A stretch of 63,327 nt of DNA, filler included, from Intoshia linei (taxonomy: Eukaryota; Animalia; Orthonectida): NCBI GenBank assembly GCA_001642005.1. It is 6 parts of 6 records of this genome, joined end to end, with 100 filler letters (N's around TTAATTAATTAA, not from the genome) between each part and the next. Parts side by side here need not be neighbours in the genome. Positions count along the whole stretch, not along the records: positions 54,119 to 58,863 come from LWCA01001879.1; positions 58,964 to 63,327 come from LWCA01001944.1; 4 more parts are not named here. One strand, given 5' to 3'. The notes under the pieces are model-generated. The model had not been told where the DNA came from. It ran no database searches and saw only the letters and a list, made by a program, of their open reading frames with translations. The translations under genes were made by a program, and so were the position numbers. Below are positions 54,346 to 63,327 of the stretch, in pieces. The number at the start of each line of letters is the position of its first letter. Positions within the stretch are counted from its first letter, which is position 1.

Positions 54346-57300
54346 CCGGTGGTGCCGAAATACATTGCAATTTGTTTTTACCTCCTTCCGAAGGCACATA
54401 TTTACCTGCATCGCACGCTTTAGGTACGGCGCTACCGATTGGACAATAATATCCAAGTGGACACAGTTTTCCTGTTACTCCATCATAAGGAGCTGAAGTA
54501 AAGACACCCGATATGCCAACCTATATATAATTTAACTATTATAGCATATTATCAACTAATAATTAGTTATACTAAAATAATAGTATAATAAATACAAATC
54601 CAGCATCAGTCGATCCAGTAGGCACTAATAATCCAACACCTGCACCTAGAAATTTTATTAATTAAAATATTATTGAATCTCTTTTATATCTAATGTGATC
54701 ATATCAATTACAATATTTTCCTCCTGTACAAACGGTGCAATCATCGCTGGTGCCGAGTCCAGTGTTACTAGAATTATTTTATTATATATTAGTCATATTT
54801 TTAATTGCGTTACGGATTATTTTGTAAAACTTTATTGATACATCGTAATAATTTATGGTATTACCTTATAATGAAATCAAATAAAATACCTTGAAAATGT
54901 TCCCAATGGACAAGGTTGAGGAATATTAGAATTTAATGGACAAAAATGACCTTTTATGCATACATTTGGCACACTCGTACCCATGATATCACAAAATTTA
55001 CCAACCGGGCATGGTTGACAATCTTGTAGGGATTTAGCTCCTTTAGTAGATCTGTAACTACCTAAAAATTAAAATAAGTTAAATAATTAAGTTATAATTC
55101 ACGAGACAAAAAAAACAGTTTTAATACTGTTAGTACTCTAGTACTAATGTACATTGTACATTTTACACACACATTGTAAAAACAATGTACACTGTACACT
55201 GTACAATCTATTTGTATAATTTTTTAAGAGGTGGACAATCATGAAACCTTCTAATTGTACGCTAAATAGTTTTGATAAATCTACCAATGGGGCATTTATA
55301 GGTATCACATAACCCCGTTCCCTCCAAACAATAATTTCCGATTGGACATTCTACAATTGCAGACGTCATTCCTAGTGTAGCACAGCTAAATTAAAATTTA
55401 TGGAAACAACTCAAATAGGTTTATTACCATTTACCTGCAATACAAGCTTTGCAATCATTGACAGATGATAAGCCAGTTTTATCGTTGTAAGTACCAATTG
55501 GACATTTTATAGGATTTCTGCTAATTAAAGCTTTTGGGCAATAATTACCAACAATACAAGCGTTTATTGACGCATCTGGAACTTTATCCATTCCCACTGG
55601 ACAATACAATCCTGGAGGACAAACATTTGTATTCTCCATTATATCAAAAGTTGTTCCGGTTTTATCACAAAATCTTCCTTCTTCGCATGCTAAAAATATT
55701 TTAAGGTGTACCATTCAATAATAATTAAATTTTAATATATTTATTTACCTGAACAACTACTTTGACCTTCTTTTGAATATTTTCCTATTGGACAGATAGT
55801 AGGATTAACCTTTCCAATTGTATCACAATAATAACCAGATAGGCACTGTAAACATGCAGATAGATTGTTGGAATTTTTCAGTAAGTTGTAAGTTTTACTT
55901 AAAAAAATTAGTAATAAATTAAAGTATAATATATTACATTGGACACTTTGTGGGAGTCGTAGAGGCTTCTAAATAATTTTAATAAGATAAATATTTGTTT
56001 ATTCAATGTGCTCAGTACACTATATTGTACTGGTTAAAACGAACTATTTTTTATCCACTACGACGTGGTATTTATTATTAATCATTACTCATCTAATCTA
56101 ATTTTATCTAAATACCTTCACAATAATGTCCTTGAGGGCATGCTAGATAATAAATTAACTTTAAATACACATGTTGATACCTTTACAAGAATCACAAGAT
56201 TCCAAACTTTCAACATCTGAATACGTTCCTGCTGGACATGGATAATCATATGCTGCCTTTGTGCCTATATATATGTTTAAAATAATATACAGTTAATAAA
56301 AATTTTATAAAAATATTCACAGCTAAGATAAAATAAAATAATTAAGCACATAATAATAAATAAATAATAATAATATCAAGGAATACTTTTTAATTGTCCT
56401 GTTTTAGAAGAAAATAAGGAATAATAAAATACCAAAAGTGCAGCAATATCCTTTCGGGCATTTATTATTCGCATTTGTAGAACCGATCGGACACCATGAT
56501 CCACGTGGGCAAGGATAACATTCATCCATCGATGATATATTGGTTCGATCTAAAAATAAATAAATAAATTATTAATTATTAATTAGATAATTTAAAAATT
56601 ATATTATTACCCGACCACGTTCCACTTTTGCATAGAGTTTTGGTGGCGTCGCTTGTTCCATATGGGCCTAATTTAAGCATAATTATTTTGGAAATGAAAA
56701 TGTGAATAAATGTATATTTAATTATATGTAATGTGTTGTTAAAAATGTTCAATATAATATTAATAATTCTAAAAATTACAATATGATCCAGCTAAACATG
56801 CACTAGGTCTAGTAGCTCCTCCGGTACCTAAAGATAAATATAATTATTCAAAAATATATTGCTTAAATTTAATAATACCTTTATCGCAAACGTAACCTTC
56901 TGGGCATGATTCACATTGTGATGAAGATGACAGTCCAAAAGCTAAATTAAATATAACTACATTAAATATATTAAAATACAGTCATTAATTGTTCCTATCG
57001 GACATGGATATTTGTATAGCGTTGTGCTTCCTAAATTTTTATAAAAAATTACATACATCAATGAAATTAATGTATTTTATTTAAATTAACATTTCAACCT
57101 ACCTGCGGGACAGTAATGTCCTTGTGGACATAATTCATTTGGAACAGCCAAACCAGTTTTAGAACAAACGTATCCGGATGTACATATTTCGCAGTCATTC
57201 GCACTTCGTGCACCTACTGTACTGCGAAAAGTTCCGACTATGCATGGGGTAATAGTAGTTGTTCCACTAATGCAGTAATGTCCTAATTAACAGTATTAAA

Positions 57301-57949
57301 ATGAATTTACAAATTATTATTAATAATATTTACCCTCAGGGCATTTTAAGCAGTGTTCTAGTGTTGCTGCTCCCGTTTGAGATGTATACGTTCCGTCCGG
57401 ACATTTGACAGGGCTTTGAGTTCCCTCCGTACAATAATAACCAAGAGGGCATGAACCTGCATTTATGTTGAATTACGTGTTATATCATTAAATAAATTTG
57501 ATGCAAAGTCTGAAATTTATTCAGAAAATAATACATTCTCAACCATGTTCAACCGTTAAGTAAATTTTAGACCAGTAAATATTTACATGTTGCGCAATTT
57601 TGATCCATTGTTGCCGCGGCACAGTATTTTCCAGCGTTGCATGGTTTACAATAAGTAGCATCTTTAGAATTGTATAGATTGTTATATGTTCCAATGGCAC
57701 ATTTATATCCTTTAATTACGTTTGTTCCAGAAGTACAATAATGTCCAGGTAGACTTGTTTATATGTATTAGTATGTAGACCACATCAATGATCAATTTAT
57801 GATTAAAATAATGTTATTATTAACAGTATATAAAATAATATTAACCAGTGTTTTTCAGCTAATACTGGATAATTACCAATAATATTACAATAAATTACAG
57901 GAATATTACAATTAAAAATAAATACCAGTCGTAAGGTTCTGCATATCCA
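54346..57949 (-). CDS. Internal part of a large Cys-rich protein with GCC2/GCC3 (ephrin-receptor-like) repeats
   Basis: About 20 small exons with repeated CPxGxYCP / CPxGTY..G....C..C, e.g. CPPGLYCPVG, CPIGTYNDKTGLSSVNDCKAC, CPLGYYCTEGTQSPVKCPDGTY. Confidence 0.88.
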
Positions 57950-58215
57950 GCTAAATAAAAATGTCAATTTACAAATGAAATCTATTATGATTGTGATTAT
58001 TTTTCAGAGAGTTCAAATTTTTAAAATTTCACTTTGAAATTCGTCATCTCAGAAATATTGACAAGAAACAACCGGAAATCATTTATATATTAATTAAAAG
58101 GTGCTTATTTTCTAAAGCGTCCGTTTTAATTGAAAATTAATTAATAATTTTAATTATCCATAGAATCAAAATTTCAAACGTCATAATATTATATAAATAG
58201 AGCGGATTTCTACTA

Positions 58216-58863
58216 CACTCCGCGACAAAACTATATCACATTTAAAATTTTGATATTTCCAAATAATCTTTAAAAAATAAAATTTATTACATTACGCAAT
58301 CTTCTATGTGTCATTCAAATAAATATTTTACTGTCGAAATTATAATATGGTAAGTAAAAAAATAATAATGACTAATTATGGAAAATATGTATTTCATGAG
58401 TGACCAAACTATAGCACTATTATTATTTTAAAGTTTTATTTTTGATAAAATGATAAATATAAAAAATATAAATATTGTTTAAGAATGCGTGTGGCCACCA
58501 TGTTTCTTTATAACCTCATAACTCCTGTCGTCCATACTAGAAATGAGGGTAGAAATGGTATATGCTGGTATGGATGTCCAGGATTTTTGAATTGCGGTTT
58601 TTAACTTATTTAAATTTCTATATTGTGTGTCATTCTTATATATCATGCGAGAAAGAACTTCCCATAAGTTTTCAATAGGATTTAAATCTGGAGAGTATGT
58701 CGGCCATCCCAAAACATTCAACATCCTTGAATTTAGCCACCTTTTTGTTTTTTGAGATTGATGAATTGATGCATTATCCTGCTGAAATAATTTGAACAAC
58801 CTTCGACAAGGTAGTAGGTAGTTGTTTAAGACGTCAATATAAACTTTAGAATTCATATTTATG
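58216..58863 (-). mobile_element. Tc3-like transposon, 3' half
   Basis: FQQDNASIH..WPTYSPDLNPIENLW (DD34E); TA-cactccgcgacaaaactata TIR matches 11328. Confidence 0.93.
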
Positions 58864-58963
58864 NNNNNNNNNNNNNNNNNNNNNNNNNNNNNNNNNNNNN
58901 NNNNNNNTTAATTAATTAANNNNNNNNNNNNNNNNNNNNNNNNNNNNNNNNNNNNNNNNNNNN

Positions 58964-59446
58964 CTATTGTACAGTGTATCCTGTTAACACACATATTTTT
59001 TTTTCAAAATATTTTATGTTGAATTGAATATAAAATTTCAACACCAGAAATTTACGCATTTCCGATAAAAAATAATTTTATTTTTTATGGAATTTATGCT
59101 ATTTATGACAATTTTTAAGATTGGACTGTTTTTACTTTATTTTAATATTATACGCACATTATGTCTAATAAATTAAAAAAATGAGATAACAATTGTTTTT
59201 AAAATTCTTTACGCAAATGTTAAAAAACAAAAAATTAAGAGGAATAATTCACTTTAAATAAAAAGTAATGTGATAGGATGGTTCCACCTGAAACAAATTT
59301 GATAACCACTTTTTTAAAGGATTGATAATAGTAAATAGTAAGATTTTTAAGTTAGATTTTCAACGTAAATTTATGTTTTAAGTATAATAAACATGTACCC
59401 TCGTCAGAGCTAGGTCCTGTTTGTACGTAGTACATAACAGTCAACA
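58964..59446 (+). mobile_element. Helitron-like 3' part
   Basis: Same body and 3' hairpin as ~16890-17179. Confidence 0.65.
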
Positions 59447-59948
59447 TATATTAATATATGACCTATAGTAAGATTATATTATACTTTGTGATAATGAATT
59501 AAAAATGTTACGTTATACTGAGGTAAGGGGATTTGTAAGGGTAGTAGTCAGATAAGGCTGGTATTTTATGGAAGGCTGTGATGGCGTTTTTAAAGTTTAA
59601 TGCATTAAGTAAAAAAGCTTATTTAAAAAAACAATTATTGATGGCATAATTATTTTACAAATTTTAGAAAATATAGACGTAAATTAAAAAATTTTATATC
59701 TAGAGTTGTTTTTAGTTTTTATTAATTTTATCAAAAATTAAAAGCTTTTTTAAATAAATTAGTGTTTTGAAAAATTGACTTGAAAATGGGAATATACAAA
59801 TTTCGTTAAGTTTTATATAATTTGGACAGTTGGTGAAAATTTAAAAAAACTTGATAGTTTAAAATTCTGACCACTAACAAATATTATATTCAATATACAA
59901 AAGATATGGTACAAATTTTTTTTACGTTTTTAGTTTGTATATAAGAAC

Positions 59949-62117
59949 CTAAAATCTTCATCCGACCGAGCCAACTGTTGACTATCTCGGTTTCGAATAG
60001 AAGTACCCATCAAGAGTCCTAGGCACTTTTTAAACTTTATTTCGATGTTAACGGTTTCTATAATCACATATATACTTATTTTAGATATGTTGTCGAATAT
60101 ATGCTAATTAAGGCAACCCACAAAATAATTCTTTCCTAGCAGCTCCGATTCTTACAAAATGTGCAACTTTGATAACAAATAATAAATATAATAATAATAA
60201 CAAATAATAATAATAAATGTTAACATATATTTAAATATGAATTACGTGCATAAAACACTGAATAATCCGTTCTTAAAATATTTTCGTTGATTGGTTTTAC
60301 AATGTATAATCGATTAATCCATCTGGAGGGGTGACCCTCGCTAATATCATATTTATGAATGTTTTCTTCTGTTTTAAGTCTTTCATAGCAGTATTTGACT
60401 GGTGATGTGTATGTGTTGGTTTTATCTATAAAATTTATTTAAATTAATACGTTCATGTAGAGCTAAACATACTCAGCTCGAGGCCACCTGAACATGAAAA
60501 AAAGGCGCTAAAATTTTGTTTTTATACATTCAGAGCCATCTTAAGCTACTTCGTGGCCCTGGGCTAAGCAAAGGGCGGGAGGTTCTTTAAATTTTTGAGC
60601 TAAGCAAAAAAGTATTTCGAGGAAGCAATAAAAAAAATTTTTGAAAATTATGACATAATTTTGACTCTTTTTTGAATATTCACTTAATAGAAATGAATTA
60701 AATGTTTCATATTATCATTTGAAACAGTTTTTATTTCAATATTATATGATGAACATTGTAGAATATATTTTAAATTGAATATTTATCACAACGTTGATTC
60801 TTTAAACTATTTTCTTTCTAGCTATTTGAATTCTCACACTTCAAAACTTATAAACTGTTATATAAATGTCAAGTATTTTTTAATAAATTGGGGGCCGTTT
60901 TTTAATATATAAGTTTAAAGTATTTTTATTAATGTAGAGGCTTTTTTAATGAGTGGCCCTGGGCTACAGCCATATTTCCGATGCTTTAAAACGGCTCTGC
61001 ATACACTATACATAATGTCATATACCGAATTTCTAAGGCGCTTGGCTTCATATTTTAAATTTAATACGCAAAATAGTTATGATATTCAATAATATAATTT
61101 TTTTAATGCTCAAATTAGAAAAAATGAGTCCCTTATTTTAAAAAAATTTTGTCGAGGCCCCAGATAAGATCTCGGTACGGTAGCTTCGTCATTGCGTTCA
61201 TAGAGACTTTTAATTTTCAATTAACTTTTTTCAGCATTATGACAAGTATCATGACAAGTATACTTAAAATTCAAGAAAGAAATTTAGTCAAATTAAAAAG
61301 TAGGATTTTTAACATATTAAAAATTAATTTGCCTAAAATAACTATATGAAAGTTTTTTAAAAGTTTCCACCTACTTACTATGACTGTCAAAGAGCTCTTA
61401 TTAACTATATACAAGTACTATAAAACTTTAATTAATTAATTCTAAACGATGGTAGATTCGATGCAACCAATAACCCTTGTAATTTTAAACAAATTCAAAG
61501 AAATAACCTTTATAATGTTTACGCAATTATATATTCACGGAATTAATTAAAATTAACCATTATACGTATATGTAATAATCAATTAATCACCTTTAATATA
61601 ATAATAACAAAAATTATTCATGAATCGTCCGTACAAGTATTGATAAGTTTCTTCATCATATACAAATAGCCAATATTTATCGTAAATTACTAAAATTTGT
61701 TTAAATGAAAGGTTTAAAATATATAAAAGTTACTTGAACTATCTATATGCCTTGATATCTAAAATATAAATGTTTGTAATTTTAATATTATTATCAACAG
61801 TATTGTAATCATTCACACCAAATAAAGTGTGTGCATATTAATTTAAAATTTAGTATGCTCACATTATTTATACCATCATCTTTTGTTGGAATCTATAATA
61901 TTTCAAGAAAAATGATAAAAAATGTTCACTATTTAAAACAAAACATAATGTAACTTTTTAAAAATAATGTGATGGATACAAAAGTAAAATTAACATGCAG
62001 TCGCATAAAAAGGCAGATACAATCTTATAATTTGATTAATGTTACCGTTACATCAGATTCTAGAGTTTCATGGGCTAGGAATATTAGTATCAGGTAAATA
62101 GAAACAAATTGAAGCAT
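59949..62117 (-). CDS. Unassigned multi-exon gene, probably secreted
   Basis: MLQFVSIYLILIFLAHETLESDVT|gt (signal-peptide-like); open GT-AG exons VIYDKYWLFVYDEETYQYLYGRF and DKTNTYTSPVKYCYERL...YSVFYA. Confidence 0.5.
60531..60999. mobile_element. hAT MITE, same family as 20003-20576
   Basis: cagagccatcttaag / tttaaaacggctctg; degenerate TSD tatacatt/catacact. Confidence 0.85.
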
Positions 62118-62549
62118 ATTGTAAAAATTATTCCAATTTAAATTAAATAATTAATGAAATGCATAATAAATATTTACTTAGTATTAAAAAGTAAATATTA
62201 ACTTTTGATACAACAGCTAGTATTTGTATTGGATTTGATCAACATCAATGCATTATTTTGACTAATATGAAAAGTTTAATATTATAAATCCATCATTATA
62301 TATAGATTTATAGGGCCATTTTGTTTGATTTGTCCGGTTGGGATTACAGATTTATGCATTTGTTTATTTACAATTAATATTACTCGTTATAAATCATGGT
62401 TTCAAGGATTAAAAATTGAGGATTTAACATTGATACAAGCTATAATCTATCACGTAAGAGTTATCGTCCATATACAGTCTGACCTGTGTATATTGAACAC
62501 CTAATATAGTGAACATTTTGTAGAGTGAACATTAAAAATTATTTTGTTA

Positions 62550-63327
62550 ACAAAAAATCCACTTTATATGAAAATATAGTAAAAAATACGGTAATGAACG
62601 GTGAAAATCTTTCAAAATGAAGGTAATATTCTATTTTTGTATAATCTCTTTGTAATTTAAATCAATTAATATGATTTACACGTTATTTTTACATTATATA
62701 ATGAACGATATAAAGCGTAAAAATTTGTCAATTGGAGAAAAAAATGAATCATACTGTTTCATGTGGAAAATAAAACATATAACCAACGAGATATGACTAA
62801 GAAATTTAAATTGTCTTTGGGCTGCATTAATGGAATAATTAAAAATTCATACAATATTCTAATTCAAATGACATTATTGAAAAAGTATTTGAAAAAATAT
62901 AAAATTTAAAATTTGGCTTGTTTTCAATATAAGTCGATGAAACCACAGACTTAGCAAATCATGCTCAACTTTATGTATTTGTGCGTTATGTGTTTAATGG
63001 GGATTTTGAAGATGAATTTTTTTCGTAAAAATTTGAAATCTAGAATTACAGCAAACTAAGTTTTTAAGAAATTTTCGGATTTCTTTGAAGCACATTCACT
63101 TTTATGGAAAAATTTGGTAGGTATTTGTACAGATAGAGCACCCTAAATGGTAAGATGTCGATCGTGATTTCAAACTCTTGATAAAAAAAAATCTCTAAAT
63201 GTGATTGGTACTCATTGTATCATACATAAACGTGCCTTGGTTTCCAAAACGTTGCCTAAATATCTAAATACTATTTTAAATGAAGTAGTGAAGGCAATTA
63301 ATTTCATAAAAGCAAATTCCCTCAACA
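62550..63327 (+). mobile_element. Degenerate hAT Buster/ZBED transposase
   Basis: DETTDLANHAQLYVFVRY, VGICTDRAP*M, THCIIHKRALVSK..VVKAINFIK with stops and frameshifts. Confidence 0.92.

Noticed and set aside
63285-63327. Last 43 nt repeat the first 43 nt of the window, suggesting circularity
   Set aside because: Both ends lie in a multicopy Buster transposase and differ at one base. No TTC6 continuation exons were found on contig 6. Best explained as contigs breaking at the same repeat.

Overview
Very AT-rich, intron-dense metazoan genomic DNA with many ~33-45 nt GT-AG introns. The style fits a compact parasite genome such as an orthonectid (inference only). The window is six contigs joined by five identical artificial 100-nt linkers (N44-TTAATTAATTAA-N44), so adjacency across linkers means nothing. 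Genes recognised by manual exon reading: TTC6-like TPR gene, an intronless 2-TM ORF (possible TMEM249-like), the 3' end of TFIIS (missed by the ORF track), a tektin, a reduced WASP with a partial 3' duplication, KLHL10-like BTB-BACK-Kelch, Pins/GPSM (TPR plus up to five GoLoco motifs), deoxyhypusine synthase, ADAM17, a Cys-rich CPxGxYC-repeat protein and several unassigned multi-exon genes. Introns and spacers hold many DNA transposon relics: hAT, Tc3-like, piggyBac, MULE, Helitron-like, a Ginger-like composite foldback element and MITEs with intact TSDs. No new system can be proven from sequence alone. The best leads are head-to-tail gene pairs whose AATAAA abuts the next ATG with no splice acceptor, a TG..CA/4-bp-TSD element with nested inverted arms, a perfect ~176-bp fold-back hairpin with a visible template-switch junction, and simplified signalling proteins. 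Family assignments come from recalled motifs, not database searches; exon boundaries are hand-read.
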